64,000 bases of DNA, from contig NC_081371.1 in the NCBI RefSeq assembly GCF_030684315.1, positions 48,862,390 to 48,926,389 of the forward strand, read 5' to 3'. A program made the position numbers and the translations under genes. Shown piece after piece: positions 13,383 to 25,515 of this stretch. Position 1 is the first letter of the stretch. Every line of letters begins with the position of its first letter. Origin of the DNA: Stegostoma tigrinum. Taxonomy: Eukaryota. The notes below the pieces were generated by a model that worked only from the letters and a program-made list of their open reading frames with translations, was not told the origin of the DNA and did no database searches.

Positions 13383-13640
13383 CTCAATTCCAGCCTTGGG
13401 TGACTGTGCAGAGTTCGCATGTTCTCCCCGTGTCTGCGTGGGTGACCTCCGGGTTTTCCAGTTTCCTCCCACAGTCCAAAGATGTGCAGATTAGGTGGAT
13501 TGGCTAAGCTAAATTGCACATGGTGTTGAGGCTGGGAAGTGCAGAAACTGGGCAGGGGGTGGGTCTGGGTCGGATGCTCTTCAGAGGGTCTGGACTTGAG
13601 GGGCCGAATGGCTTGTGTCCACACAGTAGGGATTCTATGT
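13383..13640 (+). mobile_element. HE1-like SINE (5'-truncated) within a CR1 fragment (~13040-13700)
   Basis: Same central domain and tail as 44509-44833. Confidence 0.82.
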
Positions 13641-13725
13641 TACAAGGCAGCCACTGATAAATCTAATACGGAGTTCTCTACAAGATCGTTCATCCAGAAT
13701 TCAGAATACAGAACTTGCCACCACA

Positions 13726-14070
13726 AGGCACAGTACTGTGGCTCAGTGGTTAGCACGGCTGACTCTCAGAATCAGCAACTCAGGTTCGATTCCACCCTTG
13801 GGCAACTTCCCTGGGGAATCTGCACATTCCTGTCCTGTCTGTGTGGGTTTCCTCCACGTGCTCTACTTTCCTCCCACCGTACAGAAGTGTGCAGGTTAAG
13901 GGGATTGGCCATGTTAAATTGCCAATAAATGGCCAGGGATTTGTAGGTTAAGTGAGTTAGCCATGGAAAATGCTGGGTTACAGGAACATGGGTGGGATGC
14001 TCTTTGGAGGATTGGTGTGTAATTGATGCGCCAAGTGGCCTGCTTCCACACTGTAGGGATTCGATGATCT
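13726..14070 (+). mobile_element. HE1-like SINE
   Basis: tRNA-like head gtggctcagtggttagcac…ggttcgattcc, V-domain and CR1-like tail. Confidence 0.82.
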
Positions 14071-14440
14071 CAACAGTATGGTGAAATAAGGTGCAGTTGA
14101 AGTGAATAGTTTGAGAAGCACACAAGGGAGAAAGTAACTGAAGAACATACTGATAGGGCAAGCTTAGGAGGGTGATAAACCAAAGAACTGAGAAATGCCT
14201 TCTCAATTAATGGCCTTTTGTAACTTCTGCGTCATTTGCCTGCACATACGCTAAATCAGTCAGATGGAAATTGGAGGCAATTCATTATCAGTAACTTAAT
14301 TACTCCAGCTATAACAGCATGCCTAGCACACTGTCTTTCAAAGTCAAGAATAATGTGCAAACACATGTTCTACAGTATTATTATAGGATGCTAAAGCTGA
14401 TTAAGTTCAAATATTTGTTCTATATTAGCAGATTTCTAAC

Positions 14441-14956
14441 CTGTGATTTAAGACTTGATAGTTCTAGCCTTAACTGCTCTAGGAGATCATCTAATGGGTC
14501 AACATTCTTGATAAAGTTCTTGGCTGGTTCTTCAGAATCAGTCACATGCACTGGCTGATCATTTCTAGTCGTGGGGATATCTGCTTGCTCAAGTGACACT
14601 GCTACAGCATTCTCAGTAAGCTCTGATATCTTTGTCAAAGTAGGTGGTAATGGTCCCGGCCTGGCTGGAGTTTCTAGTCGTTCAGACAGTTTGGTTTTTA
14701 ACTCATCAACAGGCTTTTTCTTTTCAAAATGTTCTTTTCTAGCCTGATGGGGAACAATCCGACTTTCTGTCTGGGAAGTCACCAATTCTTCCCAATGCAA
14801 AGAGCTCCTCTGAGAACTTCCTGACTGCCCTACAGACCTGTGAAGAATCTCTGAAATCTGGCTGGACATTTTCCTTAGCGCAAGATCTTTATAGTAATCA
14901 ATGTCAGCAGAGCCTTGCCTTCCTTTGACGTAATAAAAATCATTTCTACTGTTATC
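14441..14956 (-). CDS. Candidate extra CEP290 exon '18a' (172 aa, DNSRNDFYY...LEQLRLELSSLKSQ)
   Basis: 516 nt without stops, phase 0-0, acceptor tgctctgtttttatacAG and donor CAG|GTTAGA. No repeat hallmarks. S/E/K/P-rich with a coiled-coil-like C-terminal end. No counterpart in the human CEP290 sequence as I recall it. Confidence 0.7.
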
Positions 14957-15998
14957 CTGTATAAAAACAGAGCACATGCAATTCTAAATTATATGACATG
15001 TTCCTCTCAACACTCTGGTCATTTCTTAGCAACATCTTTAAGCTTGAAACTAATATAACTTTTGATACAGTCAGAAAAGTAGATACAAAGGTATTTTAAA
15101 TGAACCAAAATCATGACTTGCTTCTTATCTTTTGCTTGGAACTACAACTATGAATAAAAATACAGGAAAACACCTTACTCAATGTTAAAAAAAGTCTGTA
15201 TCCAGACTGTAATTTATTATGGATCAACATCCTTGATAAATCCACTGGATCCAGTCACAATAGCTAATTAAAAACCAGCTTTTTAAGAGACATTATTTAA
15301 AGCTTACACACAATGAGCAAGGTCACTGACTCTGTCTCCTTCAGAAATTATCTTCCTGCGGCTTCTTGCGATTGGGAATTTAAACAAATACTGACACCAT
15401 AGGATTGCACGCACACCTGCATACAGCAACTAGATGTAGTATCTCCCCTTCAGAATAGTATTAGAACCTGGAGATTTTCTACACCACAACTCTCAGTCCA
15501 CATTGACCAGCTTTCTCTGTATTATTCTTTTTTATAAAGATAACTTCCTCAAATGATTTTATAACAGCAAGCATGTTTGTTGGGTGTTGGCAAGTCATTT
15601 TATCTTCTCATCAATTTTCTCTCCATTTAGACACTTCCACACCAGAGTTTTTCCAGAACTTTGTGTTTTTATCGGTTTCTTTTTCCTCCCTGTAGATCAT
15701 GGTTTCAGCAGTATGGGGAATCTATACAGGCAAAATTATGTGGCAAAGGACAGATTCTGTGATCTTTTCAAATTTATTGCCATTTATGTTTGCCAGATAG
15801 TAAATTCTATTCACTCCTGCTAAGACAGAATCAGTATAGTGGACTTGGCATTTCAGGCTACAGTGTAAATTTCAGTCATACAGAATCTATATGTTAACAC
15901 AATCATGTCAAAACTTGTAACATAATCTAAACTTATTTTTCCATGATTTTGATTTTGATAAATTTGACAAAATTTCAGTTCAAAGCATACATGATTAC

Positions 15999-16105
15999 CT
16001 TATGGTTTAATTCAAAGTTGAATGAGCTTGACAGTTCTGTCTCTTTGCTAGTACTTATCCTCTCATTAAACGAATCCACCAATCCCAGATCCTCAGCTGA
16101 AATTC
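15999..16105 (-). CDS. CEP290: CEP290 exon 18 (ISAEDLGLVDSFNERISTSKETELSSSFNFELNHK)
   Basis: 107 nt, phase 1-0, TAG/GTAATC. Starts like human GLTTEDL and diverges after that. Confidence 0.85.
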
Positions 16106-17192
16106 CTAGGTACAGCATAATACAGCACAGATTGACATCTTGCAGATTTAATCGTCAATCAAATTGAATGCTACAAAAAGAATTCCATATTCTAAACTCA
16201 CGTTCACGAACCCTATTTTGCACATGATGTAGTATTTCAATTATACTTAAGAATATTCATTCATAAGGGCAAACAGAGCTGATTTATTACGTGCACTGTG
16301 ACCTGAGTTCAAATCTGGATGCAGCCTATTTTTTCCTGGTCAGGTTAGTGCTGAGCTTTGGAAAGTCTCATTAGCTCTGGTTACCATGATTTATAATCTA
16401 CATGTTTGTGGCTCATTATGTGTGAACTGATGAAAAAAAATGGGGCAAATGGCCTTCACTCATTCTAAACTTTTATGAGTGCTTTATCTAACTGCAGAGG
16501 CTTTCAATATTCATTTGAATAGCTGGGAAAAGTAAGTGGGTCTTGTTTGACATCTCAGTTGTCAAGGACGCAACTGCTAACAATGCAGCATTCAAGGCTG
16601 GGTATTCCCATGTTGTGGAGACTCAGTCTTTGGGACAAAATGGAGTTCTTAGATTGCAATTCCCAGATTTAATGGTAGCAATTAGGAAACAGCTAGGAAG
16701 CACATTGTTAGCCCTTAGAGCACATTGTTTTGTCTTTCGCGCCCAGACCTTCTAAGCTGTGCTACCTGAAAGCTCAAAGCATGGAGATGGTGGCATTGGC
16801 ATGTAAAGGGCCACTGCATCATTGGTAAAACGCCAATGCTCCTGCAAAGGTCAAATGTAATTGGATTCATAATCAGCTCAATTGGCTGTCACTTATTTCA
16901 AATAGGCCTTCAAAGATCTTGATCACCTTGGGGAATCTTGCAGTATTTAGAGGAGCAATTTACCAAGAAGGGAGAGTTTCATGAGCTTCTTTTCTTTATA
17001 CTGGCACTTAAAATGAACACCAGCTTGCCCCAATGTAATTAAATAAAGCAATGCACACGCATGCACTGGTGACAGGAAGCACACTGATTTTGTTTAGTTC
17101 CACATTTTCAAATTATATGAGCCAATTCCCTATTTGATGGAGATGCTTGTCCTGTATACACTGGTGAATCACAAACTAGGCGATAAGCTTAC

Positions 17193-17280
17193 CTCCCACA
17201 CCTGCTCGCATGCCTTTATCTTGAGCCATCCTACGAATTTGCCTCTTTAACACCAATCTTTCTTCCTCCAAGCGTTCAAT
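17193..17280 (-). CDS. CEP290: CEP290 exon 17 (IERLEEERLVLKRQIRRMAQDKGMRAGVG)
   Basis: 88 nt, phase 0-1, CAG/GTAAGC boundaries. Confidence 0.96.
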
Positions 17281-17371
17281 CTGAATTAATAAATATTGCA
17301 CTTTTAAGTGGAATGGTCTTGTATATTAATGTGACAAATCAATAGCAAAGCAAACAAAATGATTCACCAAC

Positions 17372-17472
17372 CTCTTTTAGCAGGACCTGGTTCTCAGCTT
17401 GAAACTGCTGCTGTTTCAAGTACTTGGTTTTCCTAAACTCACTTAGATCGATTATTTCATTTGTGTCGAGGC
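17372..17472 (-). CDS. CEP290: CEP290 exon 16 (LDTNEIIDLSEFRKTKYLKQQQFQAENQVLLKE)
   Basis: 101 nt, phase 1-0, TAG/GT. Confidence 0.96.
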
Positions 17473-17896
17473 CTAAACACAAATTATTTTTCATTAAAGC
17501 AAGAAAAAAACTGATTCTTTATAACTCCAACAGCGGAGTTCAGGAAATTAGGAGCAAAATATCACCAACCTCATTATATCAGTTATTGTGCTAAGTACAG
17601 TTGCCTGTAACAATTTTTTTAAAATTCAAGGACACATAATGGTTATTTGCAATCCATTTTCAGGGTCATGTACGGGAAAAGTGACATCATCTGATACCGA
17701 GCAGGTTTCCCAACCTTTCACAAGTAGGATCATCCAGTTAAATGGAAAGGAACCTCAGGAAAAACAGCTGAAAGATGTTTAAATCTACTAGATTTCTTGT
17801 AACATTGTTCATGGTCTATCACGTGATACAGAGACAATGGTGAAATGGGACTGTAAGCAGCAACCATAGCATTCCTCAGCATGTGTACTTGCAGAA

Positions 17897-18066
17897 TAAA
17901 AACCAAAAGAATTGCAGATGCTGGAAAGCAAAAACAAAAACAGAAATTGCTGGAAAAGCTCAGCAGTTTTGAGGAACAGTCACTGGATCTAAAACATTAA
18001 CTCCGATTTCTCTCCACAGATGCTGCCAGACCTGCTGAGCTTTTCCAGCAACTTCTGGTTTTGTTT
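17897..18066. mobile_element. Inverted pair of short PLE 3'-end fragments (another subfamily)
   Basis: cagaaattgctggaaaagctcagcag (17941-17966) versus ctgctgagcttttccagcaacttctg (18032-18057), with a degenerate hammerhead core between them. Confidence 0.78.
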
Positions 18067-18864
18067 ATGTCTACTTATGGGCTTGGCATTGCACTCGGTT
18101 ATGAAGGCATTTTCAAACTTACATACTGACATTTAAACCTGACCAAATATTATAGCATCGTGAAAGTAAAATGTATGGCTATAAAATGCAATAAATTTAG
18201 GTAGTTCCAATTATTTGCACATTCCTCACAGCTTCTGAACACTGAAATGCTCTAAGATCACATTTGTCACAATTGCAATTTTTCATTTAAAATGTTTAAT
18301 AGTAGTTTATTAATAGTTTTATATATATATAAAAAAAGTCAGATGAACTATTTTTTCCATACCAGCCTTGCAAACCATTTTCTAGAGATAACAATCATGA
18401 CTTTATTAGAATTTGCATTAACTGACTACAGAAAAAATCAAAGCTAAAAAACTGAACCTTGTTATAATACTGCACAAGGAAGTGTGAATTTGGGCTTAGT
18501 GTAAGAAAATTCAATTTCAAAAACATTACATGGCCATCTATTGCACTTTTCCCTTATACTCTACTCCAAAGATAGCAAAAGTGGCTGTGCACCCAGAAAG
18601 CAGATCCACTGAACACAATACGGGCTGGGACTATGGGAAGACCAAACATCCCATGAGGAGCTGCACACTCATGACAAAGTGCAATACTGGGGCTGATTAC
18701 AGTGGAGTGATCACACTGAAACCTAGAAAAACTATTTACTTAAGTTCATTGTATTTGGAACCGTTTCAAGTTTAATGTAGAAAGCCACTGTACTTTGTAA
18801 AGTGTAAAAAAAAGTCATCAAGTATACTCTGTCATCAAACATTGCTGAGGATCTTAAGATGTAC

Positions 18865-19027
18865 CTAAGCGTTGCCTGAAATTTTCATTTTCATCCAAAA
18901 GATCATTTATCTTCATTTCAAGCTTGTTTATCTCCTTTGTCATTGCTTCTATTTGATGATCACGTATCTTGATATGGTTCTTGCATTCCTTAATCTCTGC
19001 AACAGCATTTTCCAATCCATAAATACC
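18865..19027 (-). CDS. CEP290: CEP290 exon 15 ([23 protein letters not shown]...[10 protein letters not shown])
   Basis: 163 nt, phase 0-1, TAG/GT. Confidence 0.96.
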
Positions 19028-19429
19028 CTAGTGCAGGATAGAATCAGCATAAGCAACTATTTTCTGTTATACCAGAATGATATTAGGCATGACATATTTC
19101 ATGTTATGATAAGTACAACTGAATCATGCATCAGTTTCAGGAGAAGAAGTCTGTTATTTTACAACTTCTGATGACACCAAATTAAAGGCATGCATAATTC
19201 TAAAGCTGGTATGCTGGTTCCAAAGATCCTGCCTTCAGTTTCAGATATATTCTAGGCTTGCAAAAACACAAGATAGATAATATTCTGGTCATCCTGCTTT
19301 TTTAAGTGATATTGATTAAGGATTAAAAATTTGGCCAGGACACCGGAGAGTGACAGAAGTGCTCTTGTGTTTGAAAGGCACTGCTCAACGATCTTTAGGG
19401 AATTGCTGAATGCATTTTGCACATGCTGC

Positions 19430-20880
19430 ACACTGCTGACAAGCAACAGTAGTGGAGGGAACGGGTGCTTGTGAATGTGGTGCCAATTAAGTCAGCTGCT
19501 TTGTCTTGGATAGTATAAAGCTTCTCAAAAATTGTTGGAGCTGCACCCATCCAGGGCAAACGGGGAGTATTCCATCACACTCCTGAATTGTGCCTTGGAG
19601 ATGGTGGCTTTAGGGAATCAGGAAGAGGGTTACTCTCAGTATTCCTAGCTTCTGACCTGCTCCTGTAGCCACTGTATTTATGTTACAGCCGAGTTGAATT
19701 GCTGGTGAATGTTAACTCCCAGCATTCTGATAGTTGAGGTTTCAGTAATGATAACACTATTGACTGTCAAGGGGTGGTGGTTAGATTGCCTCACATTTGG
19801 AGCTGGCATTTGTTCAGTAAGAATGTAACTTGCCACTTTTCAGCCTAAACCTGGAAATTGTCCAGATCTCGTAGAATCTGGACAAAAACCTGCTTCAGTA
19901 TCTAAAGAGTCGTAAATGGTGCTGAACACTGAAATCATTGAAGAACATCACTATTTCTGATCCGATGATGGAGAGAAGGTCATTGATGAAACAGCTGAAG
20001 ACGGTTGGGCCCAGGATACTACCCTGAAGAGCTTCTACAGACATGTCAAGAGCTGAGATGACTGAACTCCAATAAACATCATCATTGTCCTTTGTATAAG
20101 GTTTGACTCCAACCAGCAGAGGGTTTGCCCTCAATACCCACTGATTACAGTTTTGACAGGGCTCCTTGTAGCCACACTTCATTAAATGAAGCACTGATAT
20201 CAAAAGTAGTCCATTTCACCTCACCTCTGGAATTTAGCTCCTTTGTTCATGTTTGAACCAAGGGGATGAGGTCAGGAGCTGAGTGGCACTGGCAGAATCC
20301 AAACTGGCTGTCACTGAGCAGCTTATTGCTTGGCAGGTACTGCTTGACAGCACTGTTGAAGACACTTTCCATCATTTTATTGATGGTAATTGGCCAGGTT
20401 AGATTGGTTCTTTGCGTGCACAGGGCCTACCTTGGCAATTTTCCACATTGCCATGTAGATGCTCAGGTAGCTTGGCTTGGAGTGTGGCAAGCCCTGAAGC
20501 ACAAGTCTTCAGTACTGTTGCCAGAATGTTGTCAGGACTCATAGCCTTTGCAGTATTCTGTGCCTCCAACCGTTTCTTCATATCACATGGAGTGAATCAA
20601 AATGGCCAAAGCCTGAGAAGTTGAAGATCTGTGGAAGAGGCCAAGATGAATCATCCATTCAGCAATTCTGGCTGAAGATTATTGTGAATGCTTCAGTTTT
20701 TTCTTTTGCACTGATATGCTGGGCTCTTCCATCATTGAGGATGGGGATATTTGTGGAGCCTTCTCCTCCAGTAAGTTGTTTAATTTATCCACCACCATTC
20801 ACAACTGGGTATGATAGGATGCAAAGCTTAGGTCTGATCCATTGTCTGTGAGATCACTTAGCTCTATCACTTGCTGCATA
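19430..20880 (-). mobile_element. Decayed LINE, same family as 9690-11720
   Basis: ORF 19895-20203 contains QGSILGPTVFSCFINDL; colinear similarity with ~10060-11330. Confidence 0.82.
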
Positions 20881-21310
20881 TGCAAGAATTCCTGTAAAGC
20901 CCAAGTTTGTCAACATACGTCATTCTTAGGAACAATTTTAATTTAGAGAAATTACAGAAGAAAATGTTCATTGGTGCACATCTCTGCATGCCAAATTGGG
21001 AGCACGTTTGAGTGGGGCACAGGTCAATGAATTAACACAGCAGTAGCGTCATCTCTGACCTGTGTCCTCTCAGTCCATTTCCTCCCTTCTTGGAAGGTCA
21101 AGACTGGCGAATTCTCCCTATATGAAATAAAAGATCAACTTTGAATTCTGCAAAGGTTCTCAGCTTGTCAGATGTCCTTTAAAGTGATGCTCTTCTTAAA
21201 AAACAATTACCAAACACTATTGTGTCAATCCTATGATAAATTTATTTTCATCACATTATTTAACTGTAATTTTTGTTTCTCAATTCCTGCATATTATGAA
21301 GGCTACTTAC

Positions 21311-21483
21311 TGATTCATATGCCCTAAGATGTATCAGCGTTTCTGCCAGTTCCTTGTCTTTTTCCCTGGCATCTCTCTCTGCAAGGTCAGCCATTCGCTT
21401 TGCTTCAAATGCTTTCCGCTCTGCTGCCTGAGTCTTTTGCTGGAGCAACCCAATTTTGGACTGCAGATTAAGTGTTGGAAAAC
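21311..21483 (-). CDS. CEP290: CEP290 exon 14 (FPTLNLQSKIG...LAERDAREKDKELAETLIHLRAYES)
   Basis: 173 nt, phase 1-0, donor GTAAGT; the frame-preserving acceptor is the uncommon GAG type. Contains the DAREKDKEL motif. Confidence 0.9.
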
Positions 21484-23511
21484 CTCAGAAGAAATTAAAG
21501 GAATCACAATTACATTTCACTTACAAATATGTATATGCCAATTAAAATGCATGACTTCAACAAAAGCAACGATGATAATGGATTCCTAAGAACACTACAA
21601 CATTTTAACATTAAAATTGCATCAGACTAAACTGTGCTGGTGCGTAACCCCAACACAAGTTGAAGTCCAATAACAATTCTTTCCACTGTCAACCCACTTT
21701 TAAATACTGATGGCCTCTCCTTCAATCACCTGCCACACAGTTCCTAACAATCCTATGTGCGAAACAAACATTTTCTACTGTTTTTGTTCAATATATTTTA
21801 ACTCTCAATGAACTGAAACAGTCAGATTTTACTGACTCAACATTGTAAACATCCCCATGAAATCACTCTGGATTCTGCTCTCTTCCAATGAAAATTAAAC
21901 ACTGGTAAGGATCTAAATTGGGCTGTCTGAAATTGTAGTGGGGGCACATTCAATCAAGGATTTCAAGAGGAAATTGGATTATCTGATAAGAAAGGAAGTG
22001 CCAGGCTGCAGTTTTCAGACAGTCAGCACACATAGAGGACAAGCAAAATGATTTCCTTCTGTGCCTTAACCACTCTGATTGAGGCTATATTTCGAAATCA
22101 TTGATATCCGTAATATCAACAGTCCTAGAGCAAAACTCTGGAACACAAACCAACTTCTATCCACTCTGAGAAATTGTACTTAGTTCCTCCTCATTGGTTC
22201 TTCTTTAGCAACCAGTTTTCAGTATAATTTTCTATTTCTTCCTCAACTGCGTAATCCCATATCCCTCTTTTCCAATCATTCCCTTGTCAATGGCACTCTG
22301 AAGGTCCATTTTCCTTACATCAACTTCATTATGCATATCCATCATATTTTATGACCTCCTGTGTCAGGAATGCAAACACCATCTTTCTTTTTGAAATCTG
22401 TGTTAACTACTGTGTTAACCTTCTCTTCACCTAGAAGGTTAATAAAGTCATTAATTCCTAAACAACAAAGTAAAACCAAATAGCGAGTAATTATTAATTT
22501 GGCTCCTTTTCCCTTTTCAAAAACAAGCAGTTCGTTAGCTATTCTCCAATGTAAATCCTGGGCTACCATTTTTAAAGCCTCTGTTTTTATCCCCCTTCGT
22601 TTTCCTCAATATCTTTCGATTAAATATTTCAGATAGTGAATATCAGGGTCATAAGTACAACCTAGGAGCAGCAATATGTTATTTGGTTCTTTACATCCAC
22701 TCTGCCATTAGATAAAATCAAGGTTGTTCTGATGATCACCTGAACTTTACCTTGCTGCTTAGCTCCAACAACGTCTTGACTCCCCGGTCGTCAAAAATTG
22801 ATCTACTTCTGCCATAAATATACTCAATGACCCTGCTTTGACTGCTCCCTGAGGAAGAGTTGCACAAATTTAAGACTCAGCATCTCCACCTTAAATGGGA
22901 GTCCCCTTATTTTTACATCTTAATCCTTTCCTTTTTGTACATTATTGTACTTGATCTCACTATTAGACAGTTTAGGGTTTATCTCCTCCTCAGTTTCAAG
23001 CTTACTGCAATGTTTTAGCAGCCATAATCAGCTTACATAAAATAATCGTGTTCAGTGTATGTTATTTGATCTTGCAAAGATACGTAGGAAAGTGAGTTGT
23101 AGACTGGACATAAGGAGCATACAAAAGGATACAGACAGGTTGTTAAGTGGGAAAAGAGTTGCCCAAAGGAGAATAATGTGGGAAAGTTGAAATGGCCTAT
23201 TTGACAGAGAGAACTGAAAAAAAACATACCATCCAAATGGTGAGAGGTTGCAGAGCTCTGAAATGCAGAAATTTGGGTGTCACAGTAAGCAGGTACAGCA
23301 AGTAATCAGGAAACTTAATAGAATGTTTTTTTTTGGCAAGGAGAAAATGAAGATCGGATGGTTATGTTTCAATTATGAAGGGCATTGGTGAGACTGCATC
23401 TAGAATACGGTGTACAGTACTAGTCACCAAACTTACAGAAGAATGTTAATATGTGATGAAAGCAGTTTACTAGATCAACACCAGAAATGAGTGGAATGCC
23501 TTATGAAGAAA

Positions 23512-25515
23512 GAAGTAGGAGAGTTGATGGTTCAGGCCTGGACACTTCATCAGGACTGGGGGATGGCGGAGAGAGCTAGGAAATAAATGGAGGAAAGAGG
23601 AGTAGGGCTGGGGGAAGGTAAGTGGGATGGTGATAGACGGATGCAGGTATGGGTAGTGGGGATTGGTCCGTGGGAAGGGTGGGGCAGATAGGTGGGGAAC
23701 AAGTTGTGTCAGTCAAGATGGAGATGAGAGGGAGGGTTGAACATGGGATGAGGCCGGAGGTGGGGAGATTTTGAAACTGGCGAATTCCACCTTTACGCCA
23801 TCAGGCTGTAGGGTCCCAAGGAAGAATATGAGGCGTTGTTCTTCCAGTTTGCGTGTGGCAGCATTGTGACACTGGAGGTGGCCCCGTATGGATGCATCAC
23901 CCAGGCAGTGGGAGGGGTAGTTAAAATGGTTAGCAACCAGGAGGTGTTGTCGATTCTTGTGTACGGAGTTCAAATCTGTCACCAAGTCAATGGTTGGTCT
24001 CACTGATGGAGGGGAGGCCCCAACGAGAGCAACGGGTACAGTAAACCAGGTTAGATGATGTACAGATGAACTCCTGTTACATATGGAAAGTCTGTCTTGG
24101 GGGCCTCAGTTGGAGGTGAGAGGGGAGGTGTAGGGGCAGGTGTAGCACCTCACGCGATTACAGGGAAAGGTGTCAGAAGTGGTGGGGTTGGTGGTGAGTG
24201 TGGAGTGGATGAGGGATTCGCAGAGAGAGCGGTCCCTACGAAAGCCAGATAGGAGTGGGGAGGGAAATATCTCTTGTGGGGTCAGATTGTAGGTGGCGGA
24301 GGATACGCTGGATGCAGAGGTTGGTGAAGTGCTATGTGAGGACCAGGGGGACTCGGCCTTTATTTTTGTTGGGGTGGGAAGGAGTTGAGGGGCAGAAGTG
24401 TGGGAAATGCAAGAGATGTGGTTGAGGGCATTTGCAATCACCGGAGGAGAGAAGTTACGGTACTTGAAGTAGGAAGACATCTGGGTTGTGCGGGAGTGGA
24501 ACGCTCCATCTTGGGAACGGACGCGGCGGAAATGGAGAACTTGGGAGTAAGGGATCATATTCTTGCAAGAAGATGGGTGAGAGGAGATGTAGTCAAGACA
24601 GCTCTGGGAGCCAGTGTATTTGAAATAGATGCCAGTGCAGAGACGGTTACCGGATATGGAGCTTACAGGAGGGTAGGTGAGAGGAGGTGAGGTGCAGGAG
24701 GGTGGGTGGGAGGAGGTGAGTTGCAGGAGGGTGGGTGGGAGGAGGTGAGTTGCAGGAGGGTGGGTGGGAGGAGGTGAGTTGCAGGAGGGTGGGTGGGAGG
24801 AGGTGAGTTGCAGGAGGGTGGGTGGGAGGAGGTGAGTTGCAGGAGGGTGGGTGGGAGGAGGTGAGTTGCAGGAGGGTGGGTGGGAGGAGGTGAGTTGCAG
24901 GAGGGTGGGTGGGAGGAGGTGAGTTGCAGGAGGGTGGGTGGGAGGAGGTTTCTTGCAGACTCGGTGACAAATTTGTGGAGCACTGTGCTCCATACACTAT
25001 AATCAATAACATCTTCCAGTCCTCAACCATTTTAACTCCCGCTCCCACTCCCTAGGTGACATGTCCATCCTGGGCCTCCTCCAGCACCACAGTGACACCA
25101 CATGCAAACTGAGGAACAAACTTCATATTCCACCTCAGGAGCCTACAGCCCAGTGGCCTAAATATAGAATTCACCAGTTTCAAAATCTCCCCATCCCCGG
25201 CCTCATCCATGTCCAACCCTCCCTCTCATCCCCGCCTCCTTGACCTGACACTATCCTGTCTATCTCCTTCCCCATCTATCCACCACACCCTTCCCACTGA
25301 CCAATTCCCACTACCCATTACCTGCATCCACCTATCCTCCCCCTCCCCTTTTCCATTATTTATTTCCCGGCTCCCTTCCCCTCCCCAGTCCTGAAGAAAG
25401 ATCTAGGCTCAAAACATCAACTCTCCTGCTCCTCTGCTGCTGCCTGGCCTGCTGTGTTCCTTCAGCTCCACACTGTATCATCTCTGACTCGAGCATGTGC
25501 AGTTCTTGCTATCTC
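23512..25515. mobile_element. Decayed Penelope-like element (related to 41049-43047) with inverted arms: minus ~23512-24660, plus ~24957-25515; nested in a CR1 LINE
   Basis: ORFs 24106-24993 and 23713-24003 are homologous to the C-terminal half of the 528-aa PLE ORF. The plus arm encodes RLGDKFVEH onward and ends in a hammerhead-like tail. CR1 sequence flanks both sides. Confidence 0.88.
24663..24949 (+). repeat. 29-bp G-rich tandem repeat, ~10 copies (TTGCAGGAGGGTGGGTGGGAGGAGGTGAG)
   Basis: Directly visible; explains the 29-aa periodic ORFs in all three minus frames. Confidence 0.97.

Noticed and set aside
13736-13795. tRNA-like sequence with A and B boxes
   Set aside because: It is the head of an HE1-like SINE and continues into SINE body and tail; not a tRNA gene.
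15590-15689. K/E-rich segment after a CAG, considered as a further CEP290 coding exon
   Set aside because: The required phase-0 frame hits TAA at codon 7 and the other frames stop within about 30 codons; kept only as a possible non-coding exon.
24106-25048. Pro/His-rich ORFs of 295, 133 and 106 aa
   Set aside because: They result from the stop-free 29-bp repeat read in three frames plus decayed PLE sequence.
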